Shown here piece by piece: positions 24,843 through 38,190 of a DNA stretch of 64,000 nucleotides (position 1 is the first letter of the stretch; the number at the start of each line of letters is the position of its first letter). This stretch comes from Squalus acanthias. Lineage: Eukaryota. Where the stretch lies: NCBI GenBank assembly GCA_030390025.1, contig CM059433.1, forward strand, positions 3,968,001 through 4,032,000, in the 5' to 3' direction. Under the pieces are notes generated by a model, which saw only the letters and a program-made list of their open reading frames with translations, did not search any database and was not told where the DNA came from. Made by a program: the position numbers and the translations under genes.

Positions 24843-25604
24843 TTAAAATAGCCTGATTGATATCTCCTCTTTCCCCTGCTTATTACAAGCTAAGTTTGTG
24901 TCTACTTACTTACTTTTATTAGCTCTGTACACCCCTCCTCCACAGTTTCAGCTGGCATCCTGCCTCACCCCAGATATAGTTCCCACCTTATTTCTTTACG
25001 TCCCTGCTAACGGCTCCTAAACTCAGATTCTAGTGGAGCAAGAAGAGTGGGCTAAATGCTGAGCACACTGTAAGCAATAAATACATACATACATATATCT
25101 TTAACACTTATTTTTATTGGGCTGTATTTTATGCTTGATTCTAATGTTAAAGCGGCTCTAAGAAGAATGAGTACTTAGCCAAAAAACTGATTAGAAACAT
25201 CTTGGTAATATAGATGGTGACTGCAATTCAGCACCGATACTGTATGTTTTCCACAGATGTTTAACATTAATTATATTAGATTTATCCAGTTCCTTCTGAT
25301 CAGAAGACTGTGAGTGGCTTTGGGTAATTCACTCTGATATTTCACGTTAAGGAGCGACAATTCACCTGTCAGCCTAGTGGATACTGCCGGGAGTTGGGGC
25401 CTGGATATGGAATGAGGCCCAGGAGGTAAAGTTTCTCCGGGCCTCGGCGTTCGAGTTTGTTGCTCGTCCAGACCCCTCCGCACAGAACGATCCCGACCCA
25501 CGATAAATTCGGGGCCAAGGATTCAAAATTCACTGTAAGTTGCTGGCATTTAAATACTGTTGTAGAAATGAAGTGGTGCATTAAACATATATCAAATATT
25601 CTAA

Positions 25605-26052
25605 AAGAAGAAAGAAAGAACTTTCATTTACATAGCCTCTTTCACGACCTCAAGATGTTCCAAAGTGCTTCACAGTCACTGAAGTACTTTTGAAATCTCG
25701 TCACCGTTGTAATGTAGGGAAATGTGGCAGCTGAGGTCCAACAGCAATAAAATAAATATCACCTCATCTGTTTTGGTGATGTTGGTTGAGGGATAAATGT
25801 TGGCCTGGGCACCGGAGATAACTCGCCTGCTCTTCTTCAAATAGTGCCATGGGTTCTTTTACATCCACCTGAGAGAGCAGACGGGGCCTTGGTTTAACCT
25901 TCTATCCAAAAGACAGCACCTCCAACAGTGCAGCGCTCCCTCAGCACTGCACTGGAGTGTCAGCCTAGATTTTGTGCTCAAGTCTCTGGAGTGGGGCTTG
26001 AACCCACAACCTTCTGACACAGAGGTGAACATGCTACCATAGAGCTGACACC
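25605..26052 (-). mobile_element. Deu-domain tRNA-SINE, full length
   Basis: Collinear with 8053-8517 and 31795-32250. Confidence 0.9.
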
Positions 26053-26082
26053 TAAATATTCACTCTTTTATAAATATTCATG

Positions 26083-26386
26083 TCTTTCTGATGAGACATT
26101 ATACCCAGGTCCCGTCTGCCCTCTCAAATGGATGTAAAAGATCCCATGGCATTTTTCGAAGAAGAGTAGGTGAATTCTCCCAGTGTCCTGGCCAATATTT
26201 ATCACTTAACCAAAAAGACTGAAACAGATTATCTGGTCTTTATCACATTGCTGTTGGTGGGATCTTGCTGTACGCAAATTGGCTGCTGTGTTTCCTATAT
26301 TACAAGTTAAAAACTACTTCAGTGGCTGTAAAGCTCTTTGGGACGTCTTGAGGTCATGAAAAACGCTATATAAATGCTAATTCTTT
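26083..26386 (+). mobile_element. Deu-domain SINE, 5'-truncated
   Basis: TCTTTCTGATGAGAC...GGATGTAAAAGATCCCATGGC...CGCTATATAAATG tail; the tail is interrupted by a MITE. Confidence 0.85.
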
Positions 26387-27163
26387 GGGGGACAAATTCC
26401 CCGAGAGGGCCATTTAGGGCGCTAAGTGAAAAATGTTTGGAAAGCAGGCACTAACCATTTCAAACATTTGTTAAATTCCCTCTTTTTGCTCCAAGAGGGA
26501 AGCGGAACGCTAAATCAAGCTCTCCACTGGCCCCTTGGAGCGCGAGAGATGGGGAATGTCTCGATCCGGGGCGATGTGCTCAGCAGCTCCACGAGTGGTC
26601 ACGTGTGGTGCTGCCGCGTTGCAGGGGCTGTTCCCTGTATTAAAGGGAAGGGGCCCACGCTGCGAACTCTGCAGGTTCCATTGTAGATTTCTGGGCCACC
26701 GGGGAGCGGGGGTGGCGCGCAATCAGCCCGGCTCTCAAGCAGAGTGCCGGGCTGAGCGATGACGGCACGGACGCCGCGACCGGTGGCCGAAAATATTTTT
26801 TTTTAAAAATCGCCGTTTTTTTTGGGTCGGCCGGCCGCCCACCGCGCCTTTAAGTTGCTCCCCACGAGCGGCCAACCTCGCTGTCCGCGACCCCCGCGGC
26901 AGTCGGTAACATCGCCCGGCGCTGCTGCGGGGCGCGAGGGGGAATTTTTATCCCGAGGCGCTACCGGGGCGCTGCGCCCGGAGATGACGTCATGATCTCC
27001 GGGCGCAGAAGATCGGGGCGATACCCGGTAGCGCCGCCGCTAACCTCCCGCGGAATTTCACGGGAGGCGCGGTTATCACCTCGGGGGGAGGGGGGAGCGA
27101 AAAGCCATTTGTGCCCCGTTAGTGCCTTCCACCGGAGGTGCAAACGAGGGGAATTCCGCCCCC
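26387..27163. mobile_element. GC-rich Harbinger-type MITE
   Basis: TIRs GGGGGACAAATTCCCC / GGGGAATTCCGCCCCC, inserted in the TTCT tail of a SINE. Confidence 0.75.
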
Positions 27164-28169
27164 ATTCTTTCTTTATATAACTATATATATATATATACAT
27201 AGCATTCAGCAATACAGTGCAGGGGTGTTTGATGTAGGACTGTATAAATACCTTCAGACATTGGTGAATTTCATGATGAATAGATTTTGAAGTCTTTTAA
27301 AAGTTTATGCATCTTTAATAATTCCCCACGTCCTTCTAAGAAGAGAATGATAATGGTTATTTTATCGAGTGTTTATTCTGGAGAGGAGAACACGTTGTGC
27401 CCAATGTCTGAGTGTAGTCAGTGCATGTCCCAAGGTCGGGTATTGTGTAAGTCACCAGTCAAAGCACAGCCATCTTTACCACATCACTGTTGGATTGTGC
27501 ATGCACTTAGAACAGTTGCCAGCATTATATTATGCCAAGTTTAGGACACTTCAGCGATGCAAATCCATCCGTCACAGTTGGATCGAGATTTCTAAATTCA
27601 CTTAACGTGCAACCTTTAGCAGGCGTCTGCCATGATTTACCACCATTTGATGCGACACTGCTGAATCTGAGCTTGGCTAGTGAGAGGTTAAAACAGTGAT
27701 ATTCTTCATTAACACAGATTGCAAATTCCCACAGTGGGGTTTGTTAATTGGCACAGTGGCACCGAATTAATAGCAGCTCTCACAGAAAATGCCATTGAAC
27801 AATCTAGGTTAAAGGTCATTTGGTTCAGGCTGTATTCCAAGTTCACCATTTGATCCTGGAACTGATCAGTGATCTGAAAGCACTGCTCTGACCCAGACAA
27901 GCAGCCTTTGGGATTGTGTAAAGAGTATTTGAGACTTTCTCACCCCTCAAGCGTACCGAGAGGTTGCTGGGAAGCCTTTTGCCCTGTCCCTTTCTGTAAG
28001 AAGTTACAATTCAAGGAGGCACTCAACAGTAGAGTACCTGCTCAGCTGACCCATGAGAGACCTATTAGAATTCAGCTTGGGGCTTAGAAACAGGCATTTC
28101 AATAACAATAAAATAAACCTGACGCCGACCTTTTTACGGGACAAAGATAAACTTTAAGAGGAGGATTGC

Positions 28170-28827
28170 GGCCTCTGAAATTGCTTGGCTGTTCCGACAG
28201 ACTCCTGTCATAACTCCGGCAGGAGTGCACTGGAACGGGCGCCAAATCCACCAGGGCCTGGAAATGCCGGATCTTGGCCTTACATTGGAGTTCCAGGGGC
28301 CTCACTTGGGAGGTGGGGGGAGACGAGGGCGGAGCCTCCCTCCACCACAAACAAGGCCTCTGACATTTAGGAGGAAGAAACAACCAACTCTGGGAGCTCC
28401 TGCTTCCTGAGCCTCGAAGGGACCCGGGATAAGTTTGGAGGTCAGTACACTCACTGAGATAAGGCGTACCAGCCTCCTGAAGGGCGGAATGTCGGATGCC
28501 CCACCAGAGGGTCCAGGTTACGGCCGGGCCCTGGCCCTTCTGAAGATTGGGGACATTTTCTTTATAATTATTAAAGCCACGCCCTGACACAGGTGGCTGC
28601 TGGGGCCGCGACCTGCATCTTACGGGGGTCAGCCCCCTCCCTCACCCTGCGTTTCCAGAGTCTTTGGCGGGAGCTTGCTGCAGATGCGCCTCCACATCTC
28701 CAAAGGCCTGCTCCTGTGGGCCCTTTTCCGAACCTCAAAACTTCAGGGGGGGGTGAACGGCAGATTTTCAGAGTGGGTGCCTCCCAGCATAACTGCCGGG
28801 ATTGGGCCCCCGGGGATTTTCAGGCCC
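28170..28827. mobile_element. Older Harbinger-type MITE
   Basis: GGCCTCTGAAATT...ATTTTCAGGCCC ends around a GC-rich body; boundaries approximate. Confidence 0.5.
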
Positions 28828-30892
28828 AGTGTGTTGTTATCCTTATCTCCTTTGAGACAGTACTGGAGGATTTGTTTGCAAAACATAACACTGTAACAGG
28901 CTTGAAAAGAGAATACATTCATGTCACTGGGCACAAATCCTGAAATTCCTGATGTAGCACCATTTTAGGACCAGTAACAGCACTGAGTTGCGATGCGTGG
29001 CATGTTGCCGTTGGCAATGTGGTCATCTCCTTCCACTGCTCCTGTGCCGCTCTTCTTAGGGGCCAGTATTGTTCTGTTCCAAATAGGGCCTTCCACCACC
29101 GCCTGACTCATTAGGCAAGCTCCCAATTAGTGCCCCACCCTGAAAATGACTGAGCATCAGCCCCCTTTGCGTCAGGTGAGCACAAATTGCGCTCTGCCCC
29201 TTTCACCCTCAGAATTTCACCTGAGTGGAGAATCTAGGCTTGTAGCTTGTAAACTGGGGGCGTGCTGCCATTTATACGTTGAATGAAAGAGGTTTGGGGC
29301 ATATACCTATATGAGAGTGGCAGAATAACTCAGCAATCAGCCTTGATCTGATTCCCAAATACACTTGAGCCAAGAGGTGTAAAAGCTCCCTCCAGGAGAC
29401 TGGTTGAGTTTCCCCCTGGGTGCAATATATCTCCAGCCCAGCATGAAGTTCAGTTTAGAAAATGCTCAGGGATGGATTCATTGCGACCATGTTGGATTGC
29501 AAAGAAACTTTATAAATTCAGGACTGTTGTTCTTAAAGTTATAAGATGCTGCCACCCGCTCTCTCTTAACGTTGAAAAATAGCCATTGGGGAGCGGAGCT
29601 CTGTGCGTGCACATAAGCAAGTAAACACAGAACTCTCCTCTAGTGGACATCGGACCAATTGCAGCCTAGATTATAACTCAGGTCTTGCCAGCTATTCTTT
29701 GCACACCACAGCTACTGGCTTCAGACTAAAATAGTGTGAGATATACATACAGCCTAAAGTCACCACATTTCTTTTTAGAGTCCAACGTATTCAGCAGGTT
29801 ATTGGTTAAGGATTTAACTTCTTAAAAGCCTATCTCTGGTCACAAGGTCAGATTAGTGGATTAGAAGTAATATTATTGAAGTATTACATTGTCTGCATTT
29901 CTGCTGGTCACGGGGCCAGTGGAGCATGTCTAAATCTCCATGGCAGTGATGCATTACATTTTTCATTTTCAGTTAAGCTTGAGGACTTATGAAGATTTAC
30001 ACAAGAGTGCCAACAGTGTACTGGCTTGGGGTCTTCACTGTGACTCATATTTGAGTAAGGTCTTTGATGGGATGTGCAGTCTTCAAAAGGAAAAGAAAAA
30101 AACAAATGTGAGGTGAACTATTTCAGCATTGCAGGATGAACCGGAGGGGAAAATGCTGTCGTCCATACAGACCTGAGCGGGGGGGGAATATCATCTGTTT
30201 TCTTTCCCCGTAAAAGGGAGGAAGGGATTTGACAAGGGGAAAAATAGTGACACGGTAGCATCGATACGTTTATGATTCCAAATGTACCTTGCAATATTCA
30301 TTAATTTGGCGGCATGCGAGTCTGCTAGCATTAGCGGCGAGGGGGCAAAGAGTAGCCGGCAAGACCCGAGTTATACTCCAGGCTGCAACTTGTACAATGA
30401 CCACCATGGCCACTGGGGCCCAGTACATAGGCAATGGCTGAGAGAGAGTTGTGAACGGCTGACAAGGATTGCTTTTTTTTTACGGTTCGGGTGCTCTTGC
30501 ACAGCTTTATTTACATACATAGTAATTTATTTCTTAGCAATCTTAATATTGCATCACGTTTGTAGCGTTTACCAGGCCTCATCATGAATGAATAATGCTC
30601 AGGCTAAGCATCTGCTTGAAAGTATCCTATTGTACAAACACCCACAGGCCAAACCTTCAATTAATTACAGCGCCGACCTCACTTTTCTACATTGGAAACG
30701 TGATTGTAACTCTGCGGATATGAATGGCGACTATCGCTTGTATTGTTACCTCAGATCAGAGAGGCAAATCAGCACTCCTGTGCACTGAAAACACGATTGA
30801 TGATGGGCCGTATCCTACTCCCTTTCAGAAGCCTCGGCTTTATAATGACAGCTAGAACCTTGGGCAGCAAATCTCATTGCGCTGCGATGTAT

Positions 30893-31766
30893 GGGGGGAA
30901 AATTCATTATCGCCCCGTTTGGGGCGCAATTATCGGCCGGGCGCAAAGATTAGCGCCTGGCGCTAATTATCGCCACCGACTGCAAACTTGACTTTTATCG
31001 CCCCTGGAGGTGATTGGAGCGCTAAATCAGGCACTTCACACCTGTCTTAAGGCGCAAAGGCCGAGGAGCGAGGCGCTAACTCAGAGCGCTGGCGAAGCTC
31101 ATGTGATGTCAGTCAGCAATGGAACACAGACACACTGGCACGGCCAGTTCTTAAAGGGGTGGGTTGATCTTGCTTTCCATCCACATCCTGCTCATTGCAG
31201 CCTTGAATCTCGGCCTGGAGAGACCTGCACATCAAATCTGCTGGAAAGAACAATGGAGAGGACCAGGGAAAGAGCTCAGAGTGCAGCCCCCACAGTCTCT
31301 TCTAAATCGATACAAGGAAGGGCAAATCAAAATGAACCTGCAAAGTGCTGCTCAGTACCCAAAACTCCTTCACACAGCGTTGAATCTCTCCAGAAGTCTC
31401 TCTCTCTCTCTCAGAATGCGTGGTTCAAAAATGTCACCAACAAAAAAAGGCAGGAAGCGGTCGCCTTTAAATAGCACTCCCCCAGTCCCTTCCTGACTGC
31501 AAAACGCTCCCCTCAACCTGTCGTTGCTAGCGGCAGGCGGTAAGGCAGGGGGCGCCACTCAATATCCGCTCCGCGGCGCTACCGGGGCGTTGCGCACTTG
31601 ACAGACGTCACGATCTGCCGGCGCAGGAGATCTTGGCGGTAGTGTTTAGCGCCACCGCAAAATGTCTAGCTAATTTCGCGAGCGGTGCAAACATTGCCGC
31701 GCCCGGGCGCTAGTTGTTTTGCCCCCCATTAGCGCCCTCTTAAGGCACTACCAACTGAATTTTTCT
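30893..31766. mobile_element. Harbinger-type non-autonomous element, family B, copy 3 (inverted)
   Basis: GGGGGGAAAATTCA...TGAATTTTTCT; reverse-complement homologue of 9087-9980. Confidence 0.85.
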
Positions 31767-31794
31767 ATATGTTTAAACATTTTTCATTGTTTAG

Positions 31795-32250
31795 AAAGAA
31801 AGTCTTGCATTTCTACAGCGCCTTTCACAGCCACTGGACATCTCAAAGCGCTTTACAGCCAATGAAGTACTTTTTGAAGTGTAGTCGCTGTTGTAATGTG
31901 GGAAACGCAGCAGCCAATTTGCACACAGCAAGCTCCCACAAACAGCAATGTGGTAATGACCAGATAATCTGTTTTAGTGATAAATATTGGCCAGGACACT
32001 GGGGATAAATCCCCTGCTCTTCTTCAAAATAGTGGCCATGGGATCTTTTACATCCACCGGAGAGAGCAGACGGGGCCTCGGTTTAACGTCTCATCCGAAA
32101 GACGGCACCTCCGACAGTGCGGCACTCCCTCAGCACTGCACTGGAATGTCAGCCTAGATTTTTGCGCTCAAGTCCCTTGGAGCAGAGACTTGAACCCACA
32201 ACCTTCTGACTCAGAGGCGAGTGTGCTACCCACTGAGCCACAGCTGACAC
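31795..32250 (-). mobile_element. Deu-domain tRNA-SINE, full length
   Basis: A and B boxes (TGGCTCAGTGG, GGTTCAAGTC), Deu body and TCTT tail on the minus strand. Confidence 0.92.
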
Positions 32251-32659
32251 AAGAAGGCTTTCAGTTGCTTTCCTTTTATTTCCCCAAAGTAAAATATCCC
32301 TACATGAATCTTGGGCCTTAAATCCCTGTGAGCACCAATTTTAGCCCATTGTTTAGAATGTTTGTATTAATTTGTTTCCGCGCTATTTTGGCGCAATCAT
32401 TAACCTATTTTATAGCACCCAGAGGAATTTAAAACAGTTGAAGTTTATATCACATGTTTTTCTAATCACCGAGCCATCTAATGCCTCCAAACTATTTGGG
32501 CCAAGCGATTGAGTCACACTCATAGACTTCCTCACAGGCTGACCATGCAGATATTGGATTGGCTACTGGAACCTATTAAACTGTAGCTGTGAGTCTAAAC
32601 TGACCATCAATGGGATTTCAGTGTGCGGTGACTGGTCGTTGTATTTTGTTCTGTGGTGT

Positions 32660-33297
32660 CCCGTCTCCACCCCTGCCTCAGCCCATTTTCTGCTGAAGCC
32701 CTCATCCGTGCCTTTATCACCTCCAGACTTGACTATTCCAAGGCTCTCCTGGCCAGCCTCCCACCTTTCAACCTTCCTATACTTGAGCTCATCCAAAACT
32801 CGGCTGCCCGTGTCCTAACTCGCACCAAGTCCCGTTCGCCCATCACCCCTGTGCTCACTGACCTACATTGGCTCCCGGTTAAGCAGCACCTTGATTTCAA
32901 AATTCTCATCCTTGTTTTCAAATCCCTCCGTGGCCTCGCCCCTCCCTATCTCTGTAACCTCCTTCAGCCCCACAACCCCCCGAGATATCTGCGCTCCTCT
33001 AATTCTGCCCTGTTGAGCATCCCTGATTATAATCGCTCAACCTTTGGTGGCCGTGCCTTCTGTTGCCTGGGCCCTAAGCTCTGGAATTCTCTGCCTAAAC
33101 CTCTCCGCCTCGCTACCTCTCTCTCCTCCTTTAAGACGCTCCTAAAAACCTACCTGTTGACCAAGCTATTGGTCATCTGGTCTAATATCTTCTTATGTGG
33201 CTCGGTGTCAAATTTTGTTTGATAATCGCTCCTGTGCAGCGCCTTGGGATGTTTTACTACATTAAAGGCGCTATATAAAAACAAGTTGTTGTTGTTG
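32660..33297 (+). mobile_element. L2-clade LINE 3' fragment
   Basis: ORF 32653-33222 (AFITSRLDYS...QNSAARVL...LHWLPV) and a (GTT)n tail. Confidence 0.92.
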
Positions 33298-33671
33298 TGA
33301 TATCATTATTCTCACATTGCCGTGAATTATTTTTATATTCTGCGTATAAATTACACACAATTCAGCTGCAGATTATTTCCTGACTAATCTGCACTGAAAA
33401 CATCACCATTGTTGCTATTAAAGACACCGAGAGGTTCAATGTTTGCCTTGTTACCGTCGCAGCCAGCACAACAACTGACCAAGACCTGAATATGCCACGT
33501 GTAAAATAAAAACTGGGTTTGTTTATCATAGAAAGTGATTTTAAGGATGAAATCAGATTATAACTGTAACATAAGTGGTTTCTTGACACCACAGCAAAGA
33601 GTGGTGAGACTCCCTGGAGAACGGAGTGTCACACCACATTGCTTCAGAGTCACTTCACACTTTAAAAACAT

Positions 33672-34398
33672 TTCTTCCTGGAATGTGGGCGTCGCTGGCA
33701 GAGCCAGCATTTATTGCCCATCCCTAATTGCCCTTGAGGAGGTGGTGGTGAGCCGCCTTCTTGAACCGCTGCAGTCCGTGTGATGAAGGTGCTCCCACAG
33801 TGCTGTTAGGGAGGGAGTTCCAGGATTTTGACCCAGCGACGATGAAGGATCGGCCGATATACTTCTAAGTCAGGATGGTGTGTGACTTGGAGGGGAACTT
33901 GGAGGTGGTGGTGTTCCCATGCGCCTGCTGCACTTGTCCTTCTTGGTGGAAGAGGTTGCGGGTTTGGGAGGTGCTGCCGAAGAAGCCTTGGCGAGTTGCT
34001 GCAGTGCATCTTGTAGATGGCACACACTGCAGCCACGGTACGCCAGTGGTGGAGGGAGTGAATGTTTAAGGTGGTGGATGGTGTGCCAATCAAGCGGGTT
34101 GCTTTGTCCTGGATGGTGTTGAGCTTCTTGAGTGTTGTTGGAGCTGCACTCATCCAGGCAAGTGGGGAGTATTCCATCACACTCCTTACTTGTGCCTTGT
34201 AGATGGTGGAAAGGCTTTGGGGAGTCAGGTGGTGAGACACTCACTGCAGAATACCCAGCCTCTGGCCTGCTCTTGTTGCCACAGTATTTATGTGGCTGGT
34301 CCAGTTAAGTTTCTGGTCAATGGTGACTCCCAGGATGCTGATGGTGGGGGATTCAGCGATGGTAATGCTGTTGAATGTCAAGGGGCGGTGGTTAGACT
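33672..34398 (-). mobile_element. Family A LINE 3' fragment
   Basis: Matches about 5830-6545. Confidence 0.95.
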
Positions 34399-35202
34399 TT
34401 GATACCTGATTTACACCCCATGGTGTCAGTTTTAAGCTGAAACTTATTCACATCAACACTTAACTTGTAGCATGATTGCTGTGTAAAACGAATCTGTTCT
34501 CAGGGTTCAGAAGGTTTATATGATGAACCCCTTGATTAGACTTCTGCCTTTTAACTACTTTCAGGTACTGTTTAACTATAACTGTTTAAGAATTGTCAAA
34601 TTTCAGTGTCTTCCAGGACAGTAAAAAAAATGGAGTACTTTATGTGTTATGCCAAAAAGGGTATTATAGTTGTAGGAAAAAATGTCAAATGATAAAAATG
34701 AAACCCATGTAAGGGCATAAAAGGAGTAAAGATCGCTGTTCTCAATTTTTTACTATAAATAGTTTGTTTAACGAAAACAATCAGGAAGAAGTAATCCTTC
34801 TCAGAGGCTCGAATGACCAGAGGTTTGCATACATTTCTACAGCAGCACTGTTACAGTTTTCTATTTATTTTTGTAAGCACTTTCCTCCTACCCCCCCCCC
34901 CCCCTTCCCCAACACATGTGCAGAAATGGTCTGACCCAGAGACACATCCACATCTGCTGTTGGTGCATCTTCTCGGTAGTCAGCTGGGAGGAGCACTCAT
35001 CTGATCCCAGTAGGTGTTGTCTTCCTCAGCATATCGGCCTCTGAGTCGTACGCCAGCTCCGTTCTGAGCTGGGGGAGTGGGAACTCCCAGTGTAGAGAAA
35101 CACGTCCCCGGTTCCAAGCTTCCCTCTGCCCCCTTGGTATTACTGGCCTTTTAACGGGCAGTAGGAGGCTCGGCTCCTTACAGAACCGACTGGGACCAGC
35201 CT

Positions 35203-36303
35203 GGGGTAGATCCTGACCTTGTGTACTAATGGCCCGTATTTTCCGATCGCAGGCCTCCCGCGGGCGGAGGCCTGCGATCTGGAAAAATCTGCGCCCTTAC
35301 CTGAGGGCTCCTGGGACGCACACAGCTTCCGCTCCTGGGCCTCTCCAAACTCCAAGTGCGCAGGGCCCACGTATCCCAGAGGCGCAGGTAGTTCGCAGCG
35401 TCCCTGGGATCACGTGGGCCATGGGGAGCCAATCAAAGAAGGGAATCTGCCTTCATACACTTGACAGGAAGACCTGTCAAATATATGAATGGAGATCAAT
35501 GAAAAACATAGTAAAACTTTAAATAAATTTTTTTTAAAAATCACATTTTTAAAATGACTTAAAATTACAATAAATTAAGTATTTTAAACAAAAATTTAAT
35601 TTTTTGAAAAAAATAATTAAAGTTTTTTACAGGGCTAAAAATAAACTTACCTTTTGTTAAAGTATTTTTAAATGATAAATCAGTGGGAAAAAATTTTGTT
35701 TTTTACTTTTTTCAACTCTTATCCTGGTAAAAGCAGGCCTTACGTCTGTTTTTTACCAGACGTAAGAATTGTAAGGGTTTTCTGCGGGCGGAGGGTCTCC
35801 AAAAAGCGGAAACTATCCGCCCACAGAGGCCCTTCTCCAGGGCAGCCGGAGGATCTGTCAAGATCGGAAATGCCGGTTTTCAGCATTTCCGATGTCCCTA
35901 CGGGTGGGTACACAGCGCGTACCCACCCGCAGGGATCGGAATATCTGGGCCAATGTAAAACAGGGGATAGTGAGTCAGCAGCCCGTTTTATATCTCTCCC
36001 CATTTTCATTTCCACTGAAGCCCATTGAAGATTTACTCAGTCATTTTGCCTTCCTTCAAGATCCCACCCTCCTACTCCTAACAGTGATTCTGAATTGGTC
36101 AGCAAGCCTTCAGGAGGAGGGAAGCAAAGAATAAACACACAAATAAACTGGGCTTGGGGAGAACTACCTCAAGCTGCCAAGGTATCTGGAAAAATGTTCA
36201 AGGTTATGGAAATGAAAATAAAGATCAGCAGAGATGTAAAACTGGCAGCCGACGCGTGTTCTCACTCATTTTACAAATGTTGCACAAAGTCAAGATCAAC
36301 CCC
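35203..36303. mobile_element. Palindromic MITE (GGGGTAGATC...GATCAACCCC) hosting a family C MITE
   Basis: Arms rejoin across the AAT TSD; an uninterrupted relative lies at about 49670-49855. Confidence 0.7.
35231..35951. mobile_element. Harbinger-type MITE, family C
   Basis: TIRs GGCCCGTATTTTCCGATC / GATCGGAATATCTGGGCC, TSD AAT (35228-35230, 35952-35954). Confidence 0.9.
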
Positions 36304-36385
36304 TCCGAATGGTTGGGGCGAGTAAATTCAGGGCCTATGTTTCTTGTAGACTGTGATGGTATCCCACGCTACCGCATAGCTTAAT

Positions 36386-37086
36386 GGGCCGTAATTTGCG
36401 GCCCCTACGAGTGCGTACGAGGTGTGTAGGGGCCGCGCAAATTCCGGGTTTAGGTAAGCGCTGCGATCTGTCAAGAATCCTCCGCACCCCCGGGAAAAGG
36501 GCCTCCGCGGGCGGAGAGTTGCGCTATTTGCCCAACTTCGGCCCAGCGAATGCCCGTGAAATTCTTATGCCTGGTAAAAGCAGGCGTAAGAGTTTTAAAA
36601 AACAGAAAAATAAAATGTTATCAATAATTTATACATTTAAAAACCTGTGAAATAAGGTAAGTTTATTTTTAGCCCCTTTGAAACATGTAAAGTTATTTTT
36701 GTAAAGATTAAATTTTTGTTTTAAATCTTTAATTAAATGCCATTTTAATTAATTTTAAATATGTGATGGTTTTTTTATATTTATTTTAAGTGTAGAAATA
36801 TTTTTTGGGGTATTTCCATTCATGCTTATGGGGTTTCCGGAGGTACAGATCTCCCATAAGAATGAATGGGGATTCCCTTCTCTCATTCGTTGGGCCGGCC
36901 ACCGGCCTACGTGATCCCAGGGGTGCTCGTGAACCGTCTGCGCCCCCGAGATTCGTGGGCCTCTACCCGGAAAGGCCCAGGGCCACGAGTCTCCGCACCT
37001 CCCGGACCACCGGGTAAATGCGGGCATTTTATTTGCGGATCGGAGGCGTTTCCCCGCGGGAAGCCTCCGACCGCCAATTCAGGGCC
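36386..37086. mobile_element. Harbinger-type MITE related to family C
   Basis: Imperfect TIRs GGGCCGTAATTTGCGG / CCGCCAATTCAGGGCC, with the same arm and AT-core layout as family C. Confidence 0.8.
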
Positions 37087-37819
37087 ATTATGTTGCGCGA
37101 AATGTCACATTAGTATATAAATAATGTTAAATGGATGGTGTGCAGAATTCAAGGAGGCTAGGCAGATGTAGACACACAATTGGCAAACAAAACACTGAAT
37201 TCCAGCTACAAGGTAAGCTGAGTTCCTGCAGGAGAGGAAGTCAGTCTTTTCAACATATAAGCCTTTTTATACGTTCATGCATCTGGTGGCAGATAAGATC
37301 AGCTGATCTGGAGCGCTGAAAAGCCGTCCTTTTCTGTTCATCCGTCCAGAGTGGAGATGAATACAACAGCCGTCCACAGCCGCAGCTCAGTGACGCTTGA
37401 TGCTGCTAATTGGTATTTAAAAAATCATGTGGTCTACATGAGGGGCACCTTGTGACACAGATGAAAGTCATCTGAGCGAGCAGAGCAAGATTTCATCGTG
37501 GGAGTTAGAAAGCAACACAATAACATATGCAGTGCGGTAGCAGGGGATACCAGCAAATTCTACAAGAAACCGAGGCCCTGAATTTACTCGAGGGTGCCCC
37601 TCCGACTCAGAGTGGTCCCAGTTGGCCTTGTAAGGAACCGGACCTCCACCTGCCCCTTAGAAGACCAGTAATGCCAATGTGGGGGGGGGGGTAGAGGCAG
37701 GGATGGCTCCGGGGAACGAGTCTCCCTATGCAGGGAGATCCCACTTCCCCAGCTGAGAAGGGACCTGGCGTAGGACTAAGAGGCTGGTATGCTAAGAACC
37801 ATGAGACATACTCGGGCTC

Positions 37820-38190
37820 CAGCTTTACTCTGTATCTAACCCATGCTGTGCGACCCCTACACACCTCGTACACACTCGTAGGGGCCGCATATTACAGGCC
37901 CATTAAGCTATGCGGTAGCGTGGGATACCATCAGAGTCTACAAGAAACATAGGCCCTGAATTTACTAGGCCCCAACCATTCAGAGGGGTTGATCTTGACT
38001 TTGTGCAACATTTGTAAAATGAGTGAGAACACGCGTCGGCTGCCAGTTTTACATCTCTGCTGATTTTTATTTCCATTTACATAACCTTGAACATTTTTCC
38101 AGATACCTTGGCAGCTTGAGGTAGTTCTCCCCAAGCCCAGTTTATTTGTGTGTTTATTCTTTGCATCCCTCCTTCTGAAGGGTTGCTGAC
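37820..38190 (-). repeat. Inserted inverted copy of 36096-36439 plus ~28-nt filler, inside an old MITE (37574-38354)
   Basis: 37847-38192 is the reverse complement of 36096-36439 (about 95% by eye), flanked by the direct repeat CATACTCGGGCTC (37807-37819, 38191-38203). Confidence 0.9.

Noticed and set aside
26520..27163. CpG islands or promoters (also near 9200, 19500, 36400, 50400, 54300)
   Set aside because: All coincide with TIR-bounded MITE arms.
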